NCBI GenBank assembly: GCA_003344405.1
Contig: NOWV01000163.1
Span: forward strand, 1-64,000
DNA: 64,000 nucleotides
Reading direction: 5' to 3'
DNA from: Trichoplax sp. H2
Taxonomy: Eukaryota
Shown here: piece by piece, positions 1 to 11,253 of the stretch
How the letters are laid out: every line of letters begins with the position of its first letter
Position numbering within the stretch: the first letter of the stretch is position 1
Notes under the pieces: model-generated
The model's database searches: none
The model's input: the letters and a program-made list of their open reading frames with translations, nothing else
What the model was told of the DNA's origin: nothing
Made by a program: the position numbers and the translations under genes

Positions 1-2718
1 TGCGATATTAAAATAATGGGCTAAAATTTTCTTTGAATTATTCCACATAATAATACAAGTGGCTGAAACGTTAATTTATCATCGTGGTTATTTATAGTAT
101 CGAATTTCATAGCTGTACTGGGTCTACATTTCTCCACACCTTATTCTATTTGGATAATTTTATCTAATACTGGAAAAAAAATTGTAACGATTGCATTGCT
201 TCCAGATCGAATGGAAAATGTTTACTTGGTTTTGACATAATAGTTTAAATGATAACGTAGAGGTGACATTAGAAAGGCTTTCTAATAGTACATAGGCGAG
301 AATTTATTGCAACTACATGTTAAGTGGCAAGTAATGATGATCGAAGTAATAGATTTATGATAACACGATATAAGAGAGAAATCAATCTTTTTAGAATAGA
401 CTTGAAAATAATATGACTTAGGCTATCAACTTTTATTTGAGTTAGCAAATGGTCACCTCAATTTTCGATAGATCTAGAATTGGAATGAGGGAATCAAAAT
501 GTTGCTTAGTTAAACTTTTTGGGGTATATGTATGTAAAATTATTAATTTCTGCTCCTTATGTTTCTGTCTTCAATATCCATAATCAAATTGGCGATACAA
601 TATGAGTTATCTAATCACAGTGCCTGTGTGATTGTTGTAACTCTTAACATGGTTGATTTTTCTTTCAACAAGAATTAACTAATTGGTAGTTTGTATTATC
701 TGCAGCAAAGGCAATAATAAGGAATAGCCATCCATCGCCATTGATGAGTCTGCTTTAAGTATAGAAACCAAATAAGAGCGTTATCTTGGATAACTATTCG
801 TAGTTATCTATCGAGTAATCAACTAACGTGTCAACAAGTAAGTTATAGCATTATGTTAGACCTTGATCCGCATCGAAAGGGGCTTAACAGTAGCGAAGAA
901 CTTAGCCTTTATTGTGGTGGTTGTAAATTAGGCAATAATCTTGTTTAATCAACGGTCTTTAAGATTACTTTGCTCCACTTGAGGCACATTCAATAATCTA
1001 CAACACAATTTTTTCATACTATAAAATCATCATTATTCTGTATCGATAGTTTAACAAATCGAGCGAACTTTACGATTACACTAATAGCGATTGGCAATCG
1101 ACTTGTTTATTTTTTATGACGTTTCTGCATCAATATCGCCTTAAAATAATGCCTAATTAAGAGACTGTTTCTCTTGTAGATTGTGAGATATCGACTGATT
1201 GTGATTTTTATGAGATGGTTGTTGCTACTATTCATCATTAAAAAAGAACGCGATAGCAACCATAGATTAAAAGAGATTTAGGATAGAGCTAGTTAAATTA
1301 ATCTCCCGTTATAGATTTGGGTAGAAAATATAACCCTACTATTCTATCTATCTCATAATTAAATCATATGTTGGAATAATTTAATAGGATATCAATCCAC
1401 AACGTCAAATTATGATGTTGGAAGTCTTTAAAGTTATTTATTCGACTGGAAGGAGCCTAATGATAATATTGATCAAGATGATGTGTTCTCCTCAATCGCA
1501 AATCGCATTGAAAATGCAGATCATTTAAAGATATTTGCTTTGCAAGCGTAATTCTCGTCATTACAAGCTAATAATAATAGCTAAGATTCACCAACAATGT
1601 CCTATTAATACATCAAATTACACACAACGTTGTCCACAAGGAAGTTTTACAGTCTCATCGACGTTGAATAAATCATAATACTATTGGATCTGTAGGACAG
1701 GTGATGTAATATAAAATCGATGCCTATTTGTGAATATCAGACTTACAGCAGCTTAAACTATCCCATTGCTATAGCTGATTTTACATCTAATATTGAGATC
1801 TATTGATAGCGTACTGCATCATGGCAAAATACCGTGATATTAACTGCCATCATTTATGTTCTAAAAATAATTTCCTTCTGGTGTGCTTGTTACATTATTA
1901 AAGCTATCTTCATGCATCTATCTCGTTTGTCCGTTAGGCCAGAAAACAGTAAGCTTGCACTCTTTACCTATTTTGCCTTACTATTCGACTAGCCACGTCG
2001 CATTCACGTTGTAACCTCAAATGGTTATCTTCTTCATGCTAGCTCAATAAAGATTACTGTTCAATATTTATTTCTCTAGTCATTTATTGCAATTATGAAA
2101 GACCTTCAATCTCCCGAAACATCAACATTGTCGTTATAGTTTTAATGCGAATTTTAGTCCATATACGCGTAAGTTACAGTTTACAGCTTCAAAAAAATTA
2201 GTTCGCCAATCTAGCTTTTACGCCTTTAATGATAATATGTTTAACACTGTAATTGCGGTTCTTAAACTTTCTATGGGCGCAAATTAGCGAGAAGAAAACA
2301 ATTTTTGAACTTTTGACTTAGATTAGTTAATAATTTCATGTATGCGGTAATAAATATCTAAGGCAATTATTTTGATGATCAGATACTATAGCAGAAGAAA
2401 GTCGTAGAAAAAAAATGTAATTTCTTGTAACGATTAAACAGATTATGAATCATATCGACCGAGTTAAAAGATTAATAAGATTGCTTAGCTATCAAATGAG
2501 TTTATTTAAGTTGATATGCGAATATTTGTAAATGCATAACATTAATGATAGTTGCGGGGGTATTTCAGTCATCAGAGTATTAAACTGATCATAGAGACCA
2601 TGGAGAAACCTCATGCATAATTTGTGTGCATTTTCGTGTTATTAATTCGCTAACAGATAAACTAAGATGCGATTTGGCTATGTCAGACTGAATATGAATT
2701 ATGCCCCAAAACAAAGTA

Positions 2719-5700
2719 CTAATTTGCTAAATGTTCAATCAACCGATTCCACGAGTTGTTGTCATCCGCTCTTAAGTCTTCGATAACTTCGTGACCTGCA
2801 TTGATCAAAAATTGAATAGCATTCTCCGAATTATCATCAAAGCGAATAAAATATTCTAACTAATATTGCCAACGGCTGTAATGAGATCCCATAATAGAAT
2901 GTAGTTCATCGTCCACGTTATTTTGTTGAGCTTCGAGTACGTGATGTAGTTTAGCTGCCCAAAACAGTGCACCTTGATTTGATTGCGGTCTAAGGATACT
3001 ATTTACGGCATCGCCAGTTCCTAGAGACCATAAGTAAATGTTTTCTCGTTTAATACCTTGGTCGAGAGCATGTTTATATGCATATCCAGCTGGATTGTTG
3101 GCATGAACTCCACCGTCAATAAATACATGCTCTAATTTTTGCGTAGAATTAGTTTTGGTATTGTGCCTCTGATCTATTATAATCCGATGTGGAGGAAAGT
3201 AAGTAGGCGCTGCACTCGTTGCTAAAGCGACGTCTAATATCTTAAAATTCTTTCGCGGATCTTTGAGGGCCTCACAACGTGTAAAGTAAGTAGTGACAAG
3301 TAGTTGATTTTGATTGCAAGCTGGTATAGCAACATCGGTTAAAAGTTGAGATAATGTAGTATCATTGAAATATTGGCTTAGTACATTTTTTAAGCGTTTA
3401 TCGCGATATTTGTGGCTGGCAAATCCAAGCCACGGCATAGCCCCTTTGTGAAATATTTCAGATGATTTATCTTTATATAAAGATAAAATGTCAGCAGCTC
3501 GATATTTTGGCTTACAGCTGTTTTCAGCTTCGGGAGTGGTAAGACCAAGTGAGATAATACCTCCTGTTGATGTTCCAGATATTAAATTAAAGTTGTAGCT
3601 AATAGGTCGGTGTGTACAGCGTTCTACTTCCGATAAAACAACTGCAGGAATAATTCCACGAATCCCACCTCCATCGATACTTAAGATATTATAAGAACTG
3701 GAGGAAGTAGAGCTCTGCCGCTGTAGGTAAGTCGTCGAGTTATAATCAAGTTGTGTTGCGTCGTATTGAAATTGACGTTGCTGATTGGAACTACGCTTAG
3801 TACACTTTTGAATTCTCGATCGTTCTTTCATAAAGATTTCATTATTGCAGTCTAATTTTAAAGCTTTATTAATTGCTGTAGCTGCCTTATCATAATCTTG
3901 AATGCCCCGCTGTGCCTTGGCACAATAATACCAAAACTGCGGTTGAGCACATAACTTTAGATTTGCAGATTTCCTATCTCTTCCAGACAGAAATCGGATT
4001 GCAGCACGATTTCGATTGCGTGCTAAAAAACATTCAGCAATACGCCAACAAGCAACCGAAGTAGGGAATAAACTTAGTGATTTAGTGTAATATTGTTTAG
4101 CCTCTTTATATTTTATCAATCGGCGTACTAAGCTTGCGGCGTCTGTTTTATTTGCCTCTAACATAAAGTGATCACCTATTTGTCTTAAAATCTCAGCAGA
4201 AATTATTTTGTTATTCTTAGCCGAATTCAACTTATTGTGTAATGTCTTTAAGGTAAGATTATTGTTATGCAGAAAAACGAATTTCGGCACTCCGTTTTCT
4301 AGATAATCTGATTCTACCCCTAGGCAGATAGTTGCTTTTGACACGTGGAGTGTCGGTAGTTGATGTTCCGGTAGCATTTTAACGAAAATCGATTCTGAAT
4401 TTCGTATCTTAATGACATATAGTTGAAACTGAATTTTTGTTAATTTGGATACAATTTCTAGATAAGAATATTTCGAAATACCTTCATCCAGTAGTTCATC
4501 TTCATATTTTTCCAAGAATTCTTCGGCAATAGGAGAAGATTCGGCTTGTAACTTTTTTAGGAAGTCGACTCGCGATAAAGTAAATAAGCCATCCGATAAA
4601 ATATTCAACATATTCAGCATATCCTCTGTATGACCTAGATCTGTAACGTAAGAATAAATAATCTTTTCTCCGTCTATTTCATTGATAGTGATAGTTGGCT
4701 TATAGGCTATTGGCGCTAAATTTTGAGTAGTAGTTTTTATCTTTAGAGCTGCTGCAGGATCAAAACCTAGCGCTGATAGGAAATCTTCAACCGAAGCTAG
4801 ACGATATTCGGTTATGCTAAAGAATTGAAAATTCTGAGAGGTAACACTATACATTTCTATCAGTTGTTTTTTAGCAACATTTAAGTGATCATCTCGACCG
4901 GTGATCACCTGCACTAGGGCAAAGTTTAATCTAGCTACCAATATTATTTTTTGCAAGCGACTAACAAAAGGTGATTCTTTAGCATCATTCAGCTTTTCTT
5001 CAGAACCTCCATCAGCAGATATGACAAACAAGCAGTTTATTACTTGTTTTGCCAATATCTGGAGATCAATTATGAGCATTTTACCGACTTCATTGTCTAA
5101 ATCTTCAGCAGCATCTCTTAATTGGTCACTGTTTTTAAAGACACTCTCAAAAATTTTACACGCTTCCACTTCTAATGTAGAAGCTGGATACTCGGAAAGG
5201 GTAACTTTACCACTCATTAAAGTTTCTCCTATGATGACAAGTAGATAGGCAATGCCATCAGGGCGAAAATTATGATACAATAGATCCTTAATCATCTTTT
5301 CGGGCGAAATTTTAATCAATCTTCCCTTGTCATAATGTATAAGGCGATTACCTGTTTCTTTCCTTTCATCATAATTTTGCGATAATTTTTCAAGGAATTG
5401 CTCGTATTCATCGCAATTATATGCTTTTATTGCGTCTGCAATTAAGTTATTTAAATTTTCACGAATTTTCGGTTCTCGTAATAACTCCACTCCTTTTCGA
5501 TAAATTTTATGACCCATAAACATGCCTATGCCCCCTGAAAAAATACCTCCTAATACACCAATCGCTATCCCCAATGGACCAAATGCACTTCCAAGAACAG
5601 CCCCAGTTTTTGCAAACGCTACTATGTTGGCGCAAGCCAGTCCGGTACTACTTACAGCTACAACGCCTCCTGTTGCAGTTGCTAACGCACCTTTTGTACG

Positions 5701-7383
5701 AAGACTTATAGCATCAATTCTAGCTTTTGTGATATCTTCGTTTGGGCTAGAATAAGATACTAATTTTGTTTGAGGGATCGCTAATTCATTTCGAACCAGT
5801 TCAGCGATATCTTGACGAACGATGTTTTGCCGCCGCTGTCGTCCTGCATAAGTAGAGATCGCAGGCAATTTCGCATTGCCTACTGCTAATGATTGGCTGT
5901 TGCGATGAACAGAAATTGTCTGACAATGAATTGGTGGCCTAATTTGAGGATCATTTTCACTTTCTGATGTAACCTCTGGTTCGGGGGGAGTATTTCCTTT
6001 ATTTTGCGATTTAACCTTAGCTAATATGTCACGAATTTCCATAAATTGTGAATCAGTAGCGTCCTGACATTCCAACAAGACACGTAATGCACCAATAGCA
6101 TACAATTGCGACTCCAATGGATACTCTGCGGCACGCAAAGCCGTAGAGATGCATTTTCTTAATTCAACTTGTTGATGCTGATAACTATTGAACTTGGGTA
6201 AATCACTGTTTTGAGAAGCTAAGGTATCTATAATCTTACAAGCAGCTCGATATTGCTGATAGCACAACTCAGCATATTTTTTTTTAATAAGAAGGTGTTC
6301 CTCTGGTGTTTTATTGATATAATCTTCACGCTTTAAAACTCTTAAGCGATCCAATTTATCTTTACCAACATTTTGCCAATCAACGACTATCGTTAAATAT
6401 TCTTCTGCTTTTTTTTTATGGTAATCAGCAGCACACTCTGGTTCAGCGGAACCGACTAATCGTTCCAGTCGCTCTAAAGCGATTTGCTTCTGTTCCATTA
6501 ATATCTGAAAAAATTTTTTGAAAACATCGTTATTTGGACTTTGCGGGAATCGATCAGGATGAAATTGGGAGAATAAGCGAAAGCGCTGATTGATATTTTT
6601 CTCTGTTAATTCCACATCGCTAAAGAAACTATCTCGTAACGCTGCCTCATCACTGAGGCATAACTCAACTACTTGGGCAGCTCTGTAATCTAGTAATCCT
6701 TCCATATTTTCACGAATAGCTTGTTCTCCTTTTACTGCTTTTGATAAGCGCTTCAACTCTTCTTCTAATTTATTTTGTTGCGAAGCATTTTAATCAGTTG
6801 AAGCAAGTTCTTCCTTTGCAACGTTGATATTTTCAACCAATTCTACTTTGAATTCATTCAGAGCCTTTAACACACTGTAATAATTTTTTCGTACGTCAAG
6901 AAACTTTTGTAATGTCGGAAAAGGGCTCTTTATTGATTCTATAAAATTTTTCAGTAGCTGATACAATTCATCACTGATATAAGATTGTAACTTGCTCAAC
7001 ACTTCGAGAAGAGTTTTAGTATCACTAGGATGCTTGATGACTTCGAATGTTTCCGTATTGCAAGATTGTATTTCACTTTCCAAATCCCGTAACTCATGCT
7101 CAAACTTTTGAAGATATTTAGTGCTTACTGATTTTTCATGTTCGACATTATTGTCTCTGTTGTAATGTTGGAGAAGGCTTACCTTCATAGAATGATATTT
7201 CATACGATAGTAATAAAGAGTAAGGTCGTCTCTCCCTTCAAGCTCATCTATATCAGCTTTAAGACGAGCCAATTGTTTCTTCAACTCTTCTTCGTTATTT
7301 ATTCCATCACAGATTCTACCATTAATTTCTTGTAATTTAAAATCCAAGGTCTGATTTGTAAAGCTTTCTTGAAAGTAAGTCAT
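2719..7383 (-). CDS. Intronless multidomain patatin-like phospholipase (helical N-terminus, J-domain-like HPD, glycine zipper, TPRs, patatin), ~1554 codons, interrupted by in-frame TAA (6790-6792) and TAG (2860-2862); recent pseudogene or recoded/split gene
   Basis: ORFs 6790..7383 and 2860..6756 share one frame (…ELASTD*NASQQNKLEEELKRLSK…). The frame continues past the TAG for 46 codons (LEYFIRFDDNSENAIQFLINAGHEVIEDLRADDNNSWNRLIEHLAN*) to TAG at 2719-2721. Patatin motifs DGGGIRG (~3675-3655), GTSTG (3576-3562), SAAPTYF and DGG (3117-3109) are intact. FHPDRF is at ~6553-6561, the Gly-rich hydrophobic stretch at ~5505-5700, and TPR-like helices at ~3840-4200. Confidence 0.85.
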
Positions 7384-8279
7384 GATGATTCTACTGTTTC
7401 TTTCTGAAACAATTGTATTTAAGAAAGTGTATTAAGTTTTAATCGATGGTAATATTGTATTACTCAAACTGTAGGAGTTGCCGAAGTTTTACTAATGAAG
7501 TCAATTAGCTTATTAAGTAACTGGCACTCTGGGACAGCAACAATAGCATAAATGTGTGGGTTACTTTTATAACTACTATTACTTAAGAGAAATAACTGCC
7601 ACTTAACGGCATTATGATAACCACAGTAATCGAAATGGTTTACAATTCTTAATAAAAATACCTTCAGCAGCGATAAGATGGAAGATTATCTTTTCTTCTT
7701 AATAACTATGAATATTCAGTTTTGGGATTACTTTAAGGTTTTACAGCTACGGTAGTAATTTCTTTTTATTCGGTATTTTAGCGTTATAGCTGATCTTTGA
7801 AATTTATCTTTCGACGGAGAGCCTTTGAAGTGCTCCTAAATGAAATAAAATCCTGTCTTGTTTTATTTATTTTCGAAGCTTTGGTAAGGTCAATTACAGA
7901 GGTTACCGTACTTCCTGGTTTTGATGTTTCGATTCAAACAATGATCCTTAACACGCCTTCTGAGATGATTTGCATAGCAGCGGTCATTTTAATTTATACA
8001 ATGCTGAACGATAGAATCACTGCTGTGACTAATTCAAAGGAACGGAAAGTTAATTTTAGCCACAAAACTATTTCCCGAAAGTAAGGAGTAAAACAAATAG
8101 GGTTTATGACATCATCAATTTGGGAGTTACTTTCCAATTTTGTTTGGTTTCTAGTTGAAGTGATAAGATCCCAAGATGCTTTGTACACTATTCTTCAGTG
8201 ATACTTTTAGTTAGGGTAATTAATACTACGGCTAATTAACTTAACTTAACTAGATCTTCTGATCGAGCCAAGTGCTGTT

Positions 8280-8572
8280 CAAGAAAGGTTTTGATACTTC
8301 TTAAGAAGCGGTTGATGCCTATCGGCGTCACCATTTTAGCTACAACGTTAGAATAAGGTTTTCATTCTAAAATAATATTCCATTCGATAATAATAATTTA
8401 ATTCGCGGGTTCATTCTAAATCATCTGTGCCTGATCTGAACTCTTTCAACTACCAATTCAATTTACTTTCGTTGAATAGTTCTGCTATCAAGTTATCATC
8501 AATCATGATTAACTTATCCTGTAATACGGGGATTTTGTAGTGTTTTGGCGGTAGATAATCAAGCGATATCAT
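8280..8572 (-). pseudogene. Degenerate fragment homologous to the first ~95 aa of the patatin protein
   Basis: Manual translation from ATG at 8572 gives …LQDKLIMIDDNLIAELFNESKLNW*LKEFRSGTDDLE*TRELNYYYRMEYYFRMKTLF*…, which aligns with copy A LDFKLQEINGRICDGINNEEELKKQLARLKADIDELEGRDDLTLYYYRMKYHSMKVSLL. Confidence 0.7.
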
Positions 8573-8746
8573 TCTTTTTAATACTTTGGAAATCAATAAA
8601 CTATCCTAGATAGATAAACAAACGAGCATTTAAAGAGTAAATTAGCGTGTTCGGGAGATTTAAGCGTTTACATAAGATGGCATATAGTTTCATCTGGCGA
8701 TGATATTTCCGTATGAATTAAAAATAAAACCTTGAAATAGACCAGA

Positions 8747-11253
8747 ATGGTATCTATGTCTGGTGCCTTCATCAAAAAAGAATCATACAAAAATCTCACT
8801 CAATTCTTAAAACATTTAAATGATCCTTTGAAATCATTCTCAGAGATGATCGATGTAAGGAGCAAATTTTGTTCTATAAGGCTAATTTTAGATGATATTC
8901 GATCAAATTGAATAGAGAATATTCAACTAATAAGAACCAGTCTGCACAAACTGAACAACTTCTAAAAGATGTGGAAGAATTTCGTATGAATTTAGATTAT
9001 TTAGTAGACATGAGAATTATACGTGTAGCTGAATTAAGTTTAAAAGATGAGACAGCGCTACAAAGAAATTTCTTCCATGATATTGAGTTAACCCAAGAAA
9101 GTATTAATAAAATATTTGACATATATGCACGTTTCGTCCACCCTGATAAATTTAATGCTTATCTCAGGTATCATGATGTCGTCAATACAGTGATGCAACT
9201 ATTAAATCGAGAGAAATAGTCGGTTTACAACATGTGAGTATACAGTTAGCTATCCATGAACGGATTGAAATGCATAAGAGTCAAGGAGATAAATATCTAC
9301 AACGTCTCATTGAATGGCAAAATGTGGTTAAAGATCAATTCCAACGCCTAAGAGTGTTAAAGCCTGAAGATTACAAAGGTACGGATAAAGAACAAATTTA
9401 CAAGCAAAAATAATATTATGCAGATAAGGCCTATCAGGAATATCGATCTGTGGGCCGGCTAATCGATGAATTAGCGGTTGAAAATATCAATTTATCGCAT
9501 ACTGATTGCATGTGTTGAAAGCACGAACAAGTTAATATTCGAAAAAATAGCAATAGTTTCGCGTGTCGCAGAGGACTTTCTCGGGTCGTAGTTGTACGCC
9601 ATTGGTGTCCTTCGTATCGTAACCTACTGCTTTCACAAGTATGAAATAGTGGATAAGGAGATTCAAGAAATTGAAAAGATTCTGTCTACAGTTCAATCCA
9701 AGTGTAAAGAAAATAATTCTCAACCGCATAGCGAACTACCCATCGCCACTCAAGTCATTACAAAAATACTATCAGCGGAGATTCTACGACAATTTTCCCA
9801 ACACCACTGTGTAATAGCCAGAAATACAACAGTTGGAAGCTTAACTCGCCGACTTTTACACTATAATGAGTCCAAACGTTACTACATTAAATCGTTAAGC
9901 TTGTATCCTACACTTGCAGCATGCTGGAGCATTACGGAGTGCGATTTAATCTGTAGTCGAAACAAAGCGGCAATAGATTTTCTAACGTATCGTTGCCTGA
10001 GGCCTGAAATCTAAAATTATCGTCGGAACCCCAGTTATGGTATTATTTAGCAAGGGCTTATCGAGGCCTGCAGCAGTTTGATGTTGCAGCTAAAGTGATT
10101 AATAAGGCTTTAAGTTTAGACCCATGTAATAAGGCTTTCAATAAAGAAAAATCGAGACTTATAAATATACAAAAAGTGGCCTAAATAAAAAGCGCCTATC
10201 GCAGCATGATATTTCCCAGCTTGACAAGGTAATTTATTGAAGACGCCTGGACTTATCTTCAACCAGTGCCTATAGTATCTTTAAGTATTGATGGTGGAGG
10301 TATTCGAGGAATTATTCCGGTAGTTGTTTTAAGCGAAGTGGAACTATGTACGCATCGACCCATCAGTCATATCTTTAATTTAATATCCGCGACATCAACA
10401 GGAGACATTATCGCACCCGGTCTTACCATTCCTAAATGTCGTTGGAATTGTAACCCGAAATATCAAGCCGCTGATATTTTATCGTTATATAGAGACGAAT
10501 TGCATGATATATTTCGTAAAAGACCAGCATTGCATATACTTTTCAACTTTAAAAGTCATAACTATAGTGGTACACGTTTAAAAGATAAATTCGATTCCTA
10601 TTTCGGTGATATTAAGTTATCTGAACCTTTAGTCGATGTTGATATACCAGCCTACAATTAAACAGAACTAGTCTTGACAATTTATTTTACACGTAGCGAG
10701 GACTTAAAGAGATCCACTAAAGAATTTTAGAGTATTAGATGTCTCCTTAGCAACCACCGCCGCTCCTACCTATTTTACTTCGCATAGATCGATCAAGAAT
10801 ATGGAAACGAAGCTTACGAATATGATGCGAAACCATCAAAAGTCTTCATAGATGGCAAAGTTCATGCTAATAATCCGGCTGGTTATTGCTATAAATATGC
10901 TCTTGATCAAGGTATTAAGAAAGAAAATATCTACATGTCGTCATTGGGAACAGGCGATTGTGTTGATGGTATTCTTTGGCCGAAAAAAACACCAAGGTAA
11001 ATTATTTTGGGCAGCGAACTGGCATCATGTACTCAATGCTCAGCAAACAACATAGGTGATCAACTTTTATTCCGTTATGGGATATTGTTGTAGTCGTTGG
11101 CAATATTGATTGGAGAATCCTGTCCAATTAGATGATATATCTGATGATAGTATCAATTTTTTGATCAAGGCTGGTCAGGAACTTATCGAAGATTTAAGAT
11201 CCGATGATAATAATTCGTAGAATCGAATGATTGAACATTTAACTAAATCTTAA
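8747..11253 (+). pseudogene. Decayed paralog (copy B) of the J-domain/TPR/patatin gene, with frameshifts, stops and a large internal deletion
   Basis: Colinear fragments: MVSMSGAFIKKESYKNLTQF…DVRSKF (8747-), FVHPDKF, ILSAEILRQ, YYIKSLSLYPT, SIDGGGIRGIIP, ISATSTGD (damaged GxSxG), AAPTYF, IDGKVHANNPAGY and RWQY*LENPVQLDD…EHLTKS* ending at TAA 11251-11253. Confidence 0.9.

Noticed and set aside
4901-5755. Plus-strand ORFs 4901..5248 and 5522..5755 (also 7138..7335)
   Set aside because: Antisense shadows of the long patatin reading frame.
2719-11253. Alternative genetic code (stop reassignment) explaining the in-frame stops
   Set aside because: Neighbouring CLC, thioredoxin and YIPF5 genes terminate normally at TAA or TGA and have no internal stops, and the stops in the patatin copies align to different residues (K, W, Q, G).
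2719-11253. Bacterial contaminant or intact CBASS-like operon
   Set aside because: The region is contiguous with spliced animal genes without a gap, and no cyclase or other operon partner is visible. Ancient horizontal origin is not excluded.
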